Made by a program: the position numbers and the translations under genes | DNA from: Iphione sp. A-MEVVRFRX5 | Taxonomy: Eukaryota | Reading direction: 5' to 3' | Length of the DNA: 64,000 bases | Assembly (NCBI GenBank): GCA_976226885.1 | Contig: OZ320316.1 | Coordinates: 72,168,001 to 72,232,000 of the forward strand | Shown here: positions 12,712 through 23,250 of the stretch, one piece after another | Numbering within the stretch: the first letter of the stretch is position 1 | Layout: each line of letters begins with the position of its first letter | The notes under the pieces: model-generated | What the model was told of the DNA's origin: nothing | What the model saw: the letters and a program-made list of their open reading frames with translations, nothing else | Databases searched by the model: none

Positions 12712-13149
12712 CTAGAGGAGGAGTTATACGATTCTACATTGGGTTCGATGGAGTGTGAGTGTGATTTCATCAAATTTATTCCCAAGATGAATTATTGGTC
12801 TTTTGAGAGAAAAGACCAATTGTGTGATTTGAATGTCGGTAACCAGGCGGTTGCCAAGCGTGACGTTGTTCATGACGTTGTTGATGACGTAGTGTGTGAC
12901 GTTGTGGACGGTGATAGTGCAGATGCACTCAGTCTCAGGATCCGTGCAGGCATGAGGAGATACGTTCACCGAGACAATGGGAAGGATGGCATTGTTGTGA
13001 GTAGCTATGATGGTGATTTATTGATACCAGTTGATAAAAGTTGCCTGGAGGGCACGTGTGTCTGTGAACACATGATCGGTGGTATCGTTAGCCCTCTACA
13101 TTTGTGCAGATGCTTCTGTTATCACGCTCTTGTCTGGATGATGCTGTGA
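12712..13149 (+). CDS. pol: N-terminal segment of pol, in frame with gag directly after its TGA; shifts into the RT frame near 13110-13145
   Basis: No stop from 12712 to 13146 in the gag frame. It ends in CVCEHMIGGIVSPLHLCRC, which overlaps the RT frame reading SCLDDAVIEELWKGISCGFAIVD. Confidence 0.6.
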   Translation, partial: LEEELYDSTLGSMECECDFIKFIPKMNYWSFERKDQLCDLNVGNQAVAKRDVVHDVVDDVVCDVVDGDSADALSLRIRAGMRRYVHRDNGKDGIVVSSYDGDLLIPVDKSCLEGTCVCEHMIGGIVSPLHLCRCFCYHALVWMML

Positions 13150-14657
13150 TTGAGGAGCTATGGAAAGGAATCAGTTGTGGTTTCGCTATTGTGGATGATG
13201 GTTGCAATACACAATATTTTTGTGAGAACTATAAATCAATTTTCAGTGTTGATTTCAAAAATCAAATGGATTGCAAAGTTAGAGATGAAATGAAATCAGG
13301 CATTATCTCTGAATGCTTGTTTGTCCCTCATTGTGTTAACGCAGTTGGAGGAGTGCCTAAAGGTGATGGGAACCTCAGGCCCATTACTGACTGTTCAATG
13401 CCCCCAGGAAAATCGATCAACAACTATATGAGCAGCACCCAGAAGGAATTTAACTTCAAATCACTGGACGACATGTGCAATGTGTTGTCAGAAGGGGAGT
13501 TTCTTGCCACTTGTGACATTGAAAGCCCCTACAGATCGGTTTTGGTCAAACCTGATCATAGGGAGTTTCAGGTCTTCAGTTGGACCTTTGATGGTGAAAA
13601 GCGCAAATATTACGTTAATAATTCGTTATGTTTCAGTTTGAAGTGTGCTCCGTATATATTTAATAACTTGTCTGAATTAATTGTTTCAGAATTCTCTTAC
13701 AGATGCGGAGGGAGAATAGTGAATTATCTTGATGACTTTGTTGTGATAGGCAGAGATGAGGGGGAATGTACGATGATGCAAGAAATTTTGAAGAATGTGA
13801 TTAATGATATTGGTTTCAAGCTTTCAGAGGAAGAGTGCACCAAGGCATGCAAACAATGTAAATTTCTTGGTATATTCATTGATACTGAAAAGATGGAGTT
13901 GTCTCTTCCATTGGATAAAGTTGAATCAGTGAAGTGTAAGATAAAGGTTTGTTTAAAGAAAAACAAGTTGAGTAAAAGAGAGATTGAGAGCCTGACAGGC
14001 TCCTTGGCACACTATGCCACTGTTGTGAAGGGTGGGAGGACTTACATGCGTAACCTCTATGATCTTGTAAAAAGCATGAAGACTCCACGTTGTAAGGTTA
14101 GATTGGATGACCAAGTACGTGACGACTTGTCTTGGTGGCTTAACTTTATTGATATATTCAATGGGAAAAAGCGTATCATTAATACCAAGATGGTGGAAGG
14201 TGTTTTTACCACAGATTCCTCCATGGTTGGCTTTGGAGGCTGGTATGACAACGACTGGTTTTTTGGTAAATGGTATGACAGTGTTTGGCCATTGGATGTG
14301 TGCAGGCACCATCAGGAGAATCTGCCCAGATGCGATGACTATGATGAGCATATTAATGTATTCGAGTTATGGGCGGTATTGGTGGCCCTAAAGAGGTGGG
14401 GAACTAGGCTGAGAGACAAGTTTATCCTATTGAGAGTTGACAACATATCAGTCATGTACATGCTGAGAACTGGTAGGAGCCACAACAAATCGTGTATGAG
14501 ATGGTTACGCGAAATTTTCTGGTGTTGTGTGTTTCAATATATATTGTTCAGAGTTGATTACATCAACACAGAGAAGAACTACATTGCAGATGCCTTTTCA
14601 AGGGCAATTAATGTCTCAGTGTTCAGTAAAGTGATATGTGATTTATGGTTTAAATGA
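13104..14657 (+). CDS. pol: Reverse transcriptase + RNase H (DIRS/Ngaro pol)
   Basis: 517-aa open frame. RT motifs LRPITDCS, CDIESPYR and YLDD (13725-36); RNase H motifs TTDSS.VGFGG, HINVFELWAV, RVDN, NYIADAFSR. Confidence 0.95.
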   Translation: MQMLLLSRSCLDDAVIEELWKGISCGFAIVDDGCNTQYFCENYKSIFSVDFKNQMDCKVRDEMKSGIISECLFVPHCVNAVGGVPKGDGNLRPITDCSMPPGKSINNYMSSTQKEFNFKSLDDMCNVLSEGEFLATCDIESPYRSVLVKPDHREFQVFSWTFDGEKRKYYVNNSLCFSLKCAPYIFNNLSELIVSEFSYRCGGRIVNYLDDFVVIGRDEGECTMMQEILKNVINDIGFKLSEEECTKACKQCKFLGIFIDTEKMELSLPLDKVESVKCKIKVCLKKNKLSKREIESLTGSLAHYATVVKGGRTYMRNLYDLVKSMKTPRCKVRLDDQVRDDLSWWLNFIDIFNGKKRIINTKMVEGVFTTDSSMVGFGGWYDNDWFFGKWYDSVWPLDVCRHHQENLPRCDDYDEHINVFELWAVLVALKRWGTRLRDKFILLRVDNISVMYMLRTGRSHNKSCMRWLREIFWCCVFQYILFRVDYINTEKNYIADAFSRAINVSVFSKVICDLWFK

Positions 14658-14718
14658 GCTTGCTGCAGTGAGGTATTGTGGTCTCTTTTCAGGAGGTTTC
14701 AGAGCCTTGAAGAAGGAG

Positions 14719-15632
14719 ATGAAGGATCTGAGGGAGGAGGCTCTTTCATTAAACACGAAGAAAACGAGACAGAGACAACTGAAGATTTATGAAAAATTTT
14801 GTGATGAGTTCGGTCTCTCTTATTTCCCATGTTCCAGTGAGCAAGCCTGTATATATTTAACCTACTTGGGCAAGAAGATGTGTTATAATTCTATAAGGAA
14901 TTACTTGTCCGGTCTGATATATTGGTGTAAAGTGCATGGTTCAGTAGTGCCTAGCTATGAAGATTTTGGTTTGTCTCAAATTTTAATGGCCTTAAAGAAG
15001 AAGAGAAGACAGACTTCCTATTCAGGTGTATGCATTTTCTATTCAAGACATGTTTCATATCTCTGATAAATTAAATATGTCCTATTCTGCAGATGAAATG
15101 TTCTGGTTAGCTTGTGTCTTTGCTTTTAGATGCTTATTGCACAAAGAGAATTTTACATCGAATGTTGGTTTGAGATGGAAGGATATTGTATTGAAAGATT
15201 TTGGCATGATTGTAAATTTTTCAAGAGGGAAATGTATTGCTTCCCCTTTAGACAGTTATTCAATTCCAATTTTCTATTGTAATTCTTACCGTATGTGTTT
15301 AGTCACATGGTTAAAGTTGTGGCGTGCTAAGCATTTTCGCAGTGATGATCAATTAATATTCTCTTATTATTCTGGTGGAAGATATAAAGTACTAGAATAT
15401 GGTGACTTTATGCTTAAATTAAAGCAAGTCTGTGATTTTGTGCCTGCAGGCTGTAGAGTTTCCTCACATGGTTTTTAGACGGGGAGGTACTACCTTTTTG
15501 GCTAGTAATGGAGTTAATATGGATTTAATTAAAGACCGAGGTAATTGGAGGTCTTGGTGTGTTCTAAGATATGTTGACCTCAAATTTGACAACCAACTTT
15601 TGCTTGAGAAGTCTATGAGTTTGTGTTTTTAA
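14719..15632 (+). pseudogene. Tyrosine recombinase, two frameshifts (about 14995-15010 and the T-run 15472-76)
   Basis: Three consecutive frames give YNSIRNYLSGL (core-binding), FAFRCLLHKENF (box I, catalytic R appears as H), SHGF/RRGG (HxxR), GNWRS and LRY (catalytic Tyr). Confidence 0.92.
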
Positions 15633-15644
15633 TTGGGTTTGGGA

Positions 15645-15684
15645 ATGCTTGTATTCCCATTCCTTGTTGTGTCCATTTTGTAGA
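15645..15684 (+). repeat. Split direct repeat B1
   Basis: ATGCTTGTATTCCCATTCCTTGTTGTGTCCATTTTGTAGA, identical to 15834-15873. Confidence 0.95.
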
Positions 15685-15809
15685 TATATAGGATATATAT
15701 ATTGTATATATAAATATATGTCATAATCAGCACGATTGTTGTTATATTGTGTCTCCAGGTAACCATATGCGTCATTGTATTCCATAACGACACACCACTT
15801 TTTTATTTT
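15684..15809 (+). repeat. Split direct repeat A2
   Basis: Copy of A1 (124/126 identical) directly abutting B1. Confidence 0.95.
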
Positions 15810-15833
15810 ATCTTGTTCTTATGAATAAAGGTC

Positions 15834-15873
15834 ATGCTTGTATTCCCATTCCTTGTTGTGTCCATTTTGTAGA
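15834..15873 (+). repeat. Split direct repeat B2 (3' terminus), preceded by AATAAA at 15824-29
   Basis: Identical to B1; the upstream AATAAA is a candidate polyadenylation signal. Confidence 0.93.
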
Positions 15874-15892
15874 CATATATATATATATATAT

Positions 15893-16341
15893 GACTGATT
15901 CTACCAATTTTTGTACCAGTCTCGGAGATTACACTTGAAAAAAACATACAGAAACATTAGGATCATAATATGTTAATGTCATGTGTTAATATACTTTATC
16001 TTAACGTAAAATCTTGCCTTAATACCCATGTGTTCCTGAATATATATCCAGAAAATTATCCCTAAATTCCAATTATTGTTGCATGTAGAGCTTTAAGAAT
16101 CTAGGTATGTAAATATTGGTGTAATCTCTGAGATGGAACTGAAAAAGCCTTCATTTCCCCTTAATATCTGCAAAATTAGGGAGATTACACATACAAATAA
16201 AATATCAAAGCATAGCACTTGACTTTAAGTCCATCACAGAAACAAAAAATGTGAATAGAATTGCATATGTAATGAAATATTGATTGTAAAGGCATGACTT
16301 TGTAATCTCCGATACTGGTACAAAAATTGGTAGAATCAGCC
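15893..16341. mobile_element. 449-bp MITE with 41-bp TIRs embedded in a (TA)n microsatellite
   Basis: TIRs 15893-15933 and 16301-16341 match 39/41; (AT)n runs on both sides (15875-92, 16342-59); GAGATTACA(C) occurs four times in both orientations. Confidence 0.9.
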
Positions 16342-16829
16342 ATATATATATATATATATTCCCTTATCCATTGAATACATGCCAGATGGTATTAAGTGTG
16401 CATAAAAAAATCTTGGGTTTCAAAATTCTGGCTTTCTTGCCTTGTTCTTGTATCTGATCTTCGTCCAGAATGGAATTGAAATTTTTATGACTAGAAAAAA
16501 AATATTTTTGAATTGGCCCACTTCTACTAAGAGTGTTTCGCTCTTTTTGTCATAAATGGAAGAGTTTATAACTTCAGCTATTTCTTGAAGCATTATGTAC
16601 ACACTCTTTTGCCCATCATTAACTTTTATTTGGCAGCTTGTGCATGTACTTTTTTTAAAAATAAGTACCTAAATCAAAAATATATGCTTTTCAAGTTTAC
16701 AGGTGGAACTCTTGTCACCAAAGGTGCCGTGATGTATATGTATATATCCCAGAAAAACAATTCAAGTTATTGGTTCGATATTTCAGTTCAAAAACAGACA
16801 TTATTAATAATTTCATTTTCTTAGACAAA

Positions 16830-17290
16830 GTACCGTAAAGTTGGGCAATTGGATCCGTAGAATATTACCTTCATTCCAGTATATAATTTGCAGATGACGT
16901 CTCTTTCATATAACCCATAATATATCGTCAACCATTCTTTGAAAATAGACACTTTAATTAATCTCCGAGAAAATACCTTCATTACAAACAAAGATTATAT
17001 TAACGGACATTAAGATTTAGTCTGTAATCAATAACTGAACATTTCCCTCATTTACTATGGAACCCTGTAGTTTCTTCTAACCGATATTTATTTCTTACAA
17101 TGTTGGGACGAAGTGTTCATAATGATTATAGGAAATAACACTGTATGGAGTATTCTCATTGAGAGTTCTTTGGTAAGATATTTCCTGAAAAGTGTAAAAG
17201 GTTTTAATTTACTGTAATCTTTTCTTACGATTTTTGCTACAAACAGTTTCCAATTAAGATTCAAGTCTAACCATGCTCTCAAATACATGT
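16830..17290 (-). mobile_element. Degenerate CR1/L2-type LINE, RT C-terminal fragment
   Basis: YLRAWLDLNLNWK...KLKPF..FRKYLTKE...ILHTVLFPII resembles the post-YADD motif YLG.xLD..L.W...K.L....R.yL....l..t.i.P. Confidence 0.55.
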
Positions 17291-17374
17291 ACTTATTTTT
17301 TTTTTAAACAGTGTTTATTCTGGAGATGAAATACATGTCAAACAGTATATAGACTCCAGGTGAAACAATTGATG

Positions 17375-18720
17375 AGTAATGAAATGAAATGAATACATTG
17401 TTCATTATTTTAAAACAGCAAAAACATTGTTAGGGAAAAACTGAACTGTTAGATTTTCATACCAATGGCAAAACTCTTATTTTACAAAATACACTAGACA
17501 ATAAAATATCTTACTTGTACAATTCGGCAGGGAATGTCATCAACCTTCCCCGCCTTTGTTGTACAACCCAACTAAATTCTTTCTAAGATGTGTACCCTGG
17601 GTGATTATATTAGTAACATATAGACCCTTTTCTCCTGGATTTCAGTCTAGACTTGAATTCAACCAGCAATACATTAATAACTTCTGGATCAAGATCTCGC
17701 CATAAGACATGTGAATGATAGTAGGTTGACAACCTATATTTCTTATATTTTGGGCACTTGGGAGTAAAACTGTATTTTTTACCTCTTCCTCTGTTATTTT
17801 CAACTAATTCATCTCCATTATTAACTTCAGCATACTGATGGACAACTTGGTATGTTATCCTCAAAAGAGTTATATCACGTGTAACTTCAAATTCATTTTG
17901 AATCTCATAACAATCAGGCACATCATCACTCATATATAACTTGTATAATCTCCGTCGGAGCATTATAATCTTCTTGTAGGTATTATCTTTTCTATCAATT
18001 AACACAATATTACCATAACTTAATATTGGAAATCCTAATGTCAACACCAGTTTCCAGAGTATATCCCTGCCCACAAATTGCTTTATATGTGATAATAATC
18101 TATATCTCTGGTAGCCTTTCCTGAGCACATCCAGCATATAAGGATGCCATGTCAACTTGTTATCAATTAGCACACCTAAGTATTTATAGACAGAGACCAG
18201 GAGGTTTCACGGATTATCATGTTGTCAAATGTAGTTCTTTTGCCTGGTGATTAATTATTAAGGAAAACATTTTAGGATATTCACTGTATTCTTTTTTTTT
18301 TTGGGGGGGGGGGGCATTGTATTATAAGTGGTAAAAATAAGGTCGGCCTTGAGGGATAGATTGTAAATATGAGCGTGTTTTCATTTTACCTTTAAGGTAT
18401 TCTCTCACCCAAGAAGTGAGCGGGTAAGCTCCATGGTAGCAAAGCCTATCGATAAGAATTTCATGCAAAATCCAATCAAATGCTTCGGCAACATCTATGG
18501 AAGGACATCTTACCTTCTAATTTTTGTTCCATTTTACATTAACCTCGTTCAAAAATCCACAATCTACCCAATCTGTGCTTTTCTTTTTCCTCAACTCATA
18601 CTAAGAGTCAGATACTATTTGATGCCCCTCCAAATAATCCACATTCCTGCATCAACCCCGTAACTTTGGTCATTAATGAGAGAACACTTATGGGGCAATA
18701 AATATTCACATCAGGTGTGC
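17375..18720 (-). mobile_element. 5'-truncated CR1/L2-type LINE (RT domain remnants, C-terminus, 3' tail)
   Basis: Minus strand: IYCPISVLSL (NYRPISVL), IDVAEAFD..LHEILIDRL.YHG (DlsKAFD), IPQG, then KYLGVLIDNKLTWH and the 187-aa ORF 17610-18173; (TTCAT)n-like tail near 17378-17403. YADD region lost; a T11G12 run at 18292-18314. Confidence 0.8.
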
Positions 18721-21700
18721 AATTGAATAATATCTCTGTTCAGAAAGACTTAATGGATAAAATCTCTAATGGTCGCACAGACGTCAGGAACAAGATGAAG
18801 ACCAGACTGCCAGAAAGCTGCTCTTTTTCATTTATCAACTACATACTTTCATCTATCCAATATGGTGCTTTCCATGTATTGTTTTAGATAAACAATATAA
18901 TATTGCAATTAGTGAAACTGGCAGCAGTGCACCTGGGAAAGGTCCCTCAATATCATACAAATACAAGATGGTGTACCTAGTTCCATAAATCTACTAATGT
19001 TTGTATTATTCATTATTATTTGCATAGTGTTCGATGTGGCTGTTTATAAAATTAAATTGAGAGATACTAATATACTTCATGACTTCTAAAACGTATAGCT
19101 GATTTTAACTTGGTACATCATTCATTGAAACAGTTGGTATACGCACGGAAACACAAAGCTCCAACAAGAGGGAATGAAATTGTGCAAGTATCTATATTAT
19201 CTTCTGAAGCTTGGTATATATTAGAAAAGAGTGTGCTTTGATTCATTATCATGTATCATCATGGCCATTACAGTTTTAGAGATAATAATTTTCTGGAAAA
19301 GTGCTGAAGTCATACAAGCTCTATTCTTTCATGTTGAATGCTTTTATCATCATAAATTCTAACAAATCGCATTTAGATTTGTAGTTACCTATCTATAGGT
19401 ATCCTTCTACAGCTATTTATGCAATACATCTGAAAACTGTACTGCCTGATATGTCGACCTTCTGACTGGTGACATTTATGCAGCTAACAGGTGAGCCTCC
19501 TGGACCTGCAAGGGACCATTCTTCCTGCAAGCATATCCTATTTAGGTATAATGAGCTGTTCATTTGTGCAGAACGGCCTTCGAGATAGGCTCGTATCATT
19601 CGACATAATACTGAAGTTTTGATTTAGAGAAGATACTATGCTCAGCCAGGATGGTGGCATTCCTTGTTTATATAGAATCTGCGAGTTGTATGCAACTACA
19701 GGTATGGGGATGCCTGCACAGTAGCCGGCTTGAATCTAAATAATTGATTTTAAGGCATGAATAATTCTCTGTTGAACTGCAGACAGAGCATACAGCATTT
19801 GGAACAGACTACATTTCACATCTGTTTTCTTTTTCGCTGGTCTCACCCCACGCAGTAGTGGTTAATGCTTCTAACAATAAAAGAGAGCACAATGCATCAG
19901 CAGCTGATGTTAGCCTTAATACATGTACCACCTCTACTCGTGAGATGGCAGCACAGCCTGTGCTTTATTCTCAGATTTGGAACGTCCCACACAAAGGGTG
20001 TACACTGAAGCAGCCTTGTCTATCGATATAAATGTCATCTTCACCGTAAAAGGTTACCCCCCAACACCCTTTTTACACGTATTGCTATTTCCTACTGTGA
20101 CATCCACAGTTTTCCATCTCATACATTTTAGATGCAAAGGATTACGACATCCGTGAACGCCTTTGCTGTGAAAGCCTGAGGAATGTATCCTAAATAGGGT
20201 AATGTAAAGGTGAATGTCTAATAACACATATATTCACAGGTAACTTATAACCCTCACACATTAAGCAAGTCAGGAATCAAGTCTAGAAAGCATCTCATTC
20301 AACTACACACTTTTAGGCACCACATCCATTCAGTTTTTCTTTAAACTCTTTGGTAGTGAGGTAGATAAGAGTGTAGGCGTGTGTGATTTGTATGTGGAGT
20401 CCACACAAAAATGCATGGGAATTGTTATAGACAGCAGCATGCAGGAGACAGTGGGAAAATTCATGGAGACTTTTGGAGACGGGTGGAGCTAGGACATGCA
20501 CACAGAGTTACAGCCTTTTCAGGACAAATGGAGGTTTAATCCGCCTCATCTTTCTTCCATCTTATTACTGACCCTAACCACTACAGTAAGATAATTGTGA
20601 CATAATTGCATTTGACTTTCCTAATCATTTTATCAAGTATGGCCATGTGCCACACTCTAGGACACTGACTGTATAAAAAAGATACTTTACTGGCAATCTA
20701 TGCAGCCAGTATATGTACTCTATTGTATATTAACAGTATACCATAATTACAAATATTATGGTATACATTAAATTTAGAGTATATGTAATACAGTTCTCTA
20801 TATGACTATATTCCTATGTAGTTACTACTGCCAAACTTTATAATTTTATGGCAAGAATTCAAACATATTCTTTAAATTACTTCTAAATGATCAATTAATC
20901 AAAGTCAACAAGCACTGATGTGCTAAATGAGATCACACTTGGGTAAATCCTTTTCCAAAAAGACAGTGTATGTTATTCTCAGAAATAGACAAAATAATGT
21001 TTATATGTTCATCCTTCAAAAGTAAATCATTTTCCTTTAACCTATAACGTTTATTTATTCTCAACAATATTTGACTGTAAATGATAGCTTTTATAGCAAA
21101 ACTCTACAATAAGGGGCATACCATAAAAAATGTACAGTACAGTACCACTGGTTTACATCCTTGTATTATTGTGTACATTGCATTTACAATTGACCCATCT
21201 CCTACTACTGGTTCTAGAACACTTTTCCAGGAGATTTTGAAAAGCTACATCTGTTTGCTGCAACCTCTAAAAGAATTTTAAGCATCTGTGACAACCTAAT
21301 TAATTATTGAATTTATTCTATTAATGGACAAAAGCTTAGTCCCTCAAATCTGTATTCATAATGGTTGATATCCTGTAATTGCGATCTCAGACTTTTACTG
21401 ATACAAGGAGAAAGAGATGAGTCTAAGTCATTTACAATACATTGGAATATTCCCGCCGAAATAATGCATAAAATGTTAACCCGCCGGTATCAATCTCATA
21501 GAAATAATTATATAAAACGACGTGGAACATGAAAGAATCATGACATGATTATTTTGATATCTGAGAGTGAATAAAAAAAACTAAGAGACGGCGTTTGTGT
21601 CTACATGGACCCTTCTCTGACAAAACCTCCGAAGTGAAGATGTATGATTTCGACACATCCGTAACAAAACATTGCTCTGACTAGAAAGAGTATTCAACGA

Positions 21701-23213
21701 CCTGACAAGAAGCAGGTCACGCACTTTACTTTACTCGGTCACTTTTTCTCAGTCTAAACTACGCGATTTCCAGAGGGACCGGACTCTTTCCCAACTTTCA
21801 AGTCATACGCATAAGGCAACGATTGGGTAGCCTCCCAATGGAGGGGTTGCTAATGGCCCTACACCGCTGCCGTCAGTTATTGTGGTAAATGTGGTGGACA
21901 GAAATGCATTGGCTCATGAATACTCCAACGAGAAAAAACACCAGGTGGCTCTTGTAGAATGGCTTACTTCACTTGAAATACACCAGGGGCCGTGGTTATT
22001 TTTGCAGGAAACACTACCTCTGTCCAGAGCGAATACCTTACACTCCTATAAAATCAAGTGGTTCACAAATCAGTACGCAGATGTGTCAACATGTAAAAAG
22101 AGACATACGAGAATCTTTTTGAAGCTTTCAATGCCCTCATACCGATATACATAAGAACATTTTCATAGCTTTTTCGGCTTATAATTCTTCATAGGTGATG
22201 TGCATCACATATGGGATGCTAACCAAGTTTAAGACCGAACTATACAATGCCCACACTGGAACATCGGGTTCTATATCTCTGGTATCACTTGAGACCATGA
22301 CTTAAAGATTACAAGAAAAGGTAAAGGGAGAATGCAGATGCATGGATAGCAGCCATTGTTTCCTTCAGTTTACAAATACATGGAAGTAGATATGCACAAG
22401 TATATATCCAGTATGTGTATACATAGGCATAAATACAAACAAATATGTATACACATGTATGCATACAGTCAAACCTTTATTTGCGGCCATCTCTCTGACC
22501 CAAGCTCAAATGGATGGATCCTCAAGAATCGTCGCAAATCGATTTTGATGCATACATATCGATATGTTTATTGAAATCACTGGGTTTATTGAAGAGAAAC
22601 AGAGACATGGGCTTGCCAAAGAAAAGGGGCACCCTGATATCAGGGTAATGTTTGACACTGAACTATGTCCTCAGGTAGGTTTTTTATTTTGTTGCTGTTT
22701 CATTGGCAGGTGTTTTGTTAATCCTAAATATCCTAACCTACTTTCGTTGTTTGAAAAAGCGTCCTGACTTGAGACAAGGACGTATTTCACACTATGTATG
22801 TATGCAAATACAAATGCATATATGTCCTCTCATACGTCGCTGCCCATATACTCATGTAGATTTTACTTACTATTCACCTGTATGTTAAGACGCTTTACCT
22901 TTATGCAGTTATACAGATGCATGTACGAGGAGTTTCAATAAACATCTAGATGGCAGCACTTAAGGCCAGTGCGTACGTACGCCCGAGGAGGGAGTAAGCC
23001 CCTTAGTAAAATTGGGTTTATGATAGCATCAGTTTTAAGTGGTATATGTCCCGTTTCTCGGATATTCACAGTGCAGTGTATCTGGTCAAGTCAAAAACAT
23101 TAATAGCACAGTACATATAAGAGTAAGTGATGAACAAATTTTAAATCCTTGTAATGTTGATTATGTCGTGTTGTTGAGGACATACATATGCTGATGCAAA
23201 GTCTTTACTTTAA

Positions 23214-23250
23214 GGCCTGGTTTCCATACTCATATTGTCAGTGCAGGAAT
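23214..23250 (+). mobile_element. Solo left end of a PIF/Harbinger MITE
   Basis: TAA|GGCCTGGTTTCCATAC, 15/16 identical to the left end of the 42775 element; no matching right end seen. Confidence 0.4.

Larger units (their letters stand above)
11725..15873 (+). mobile_element. Full-length Ngaro/PAT-type tyrosine-recombinase (DIRS-order) retrotransposon
   Basis: gag, RT/RNase H and tyrosine recombinase in order; split direct repeats A1...B1-A2-B2; no TSD; no DDE integrase or protease. Confidence 0.95.
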
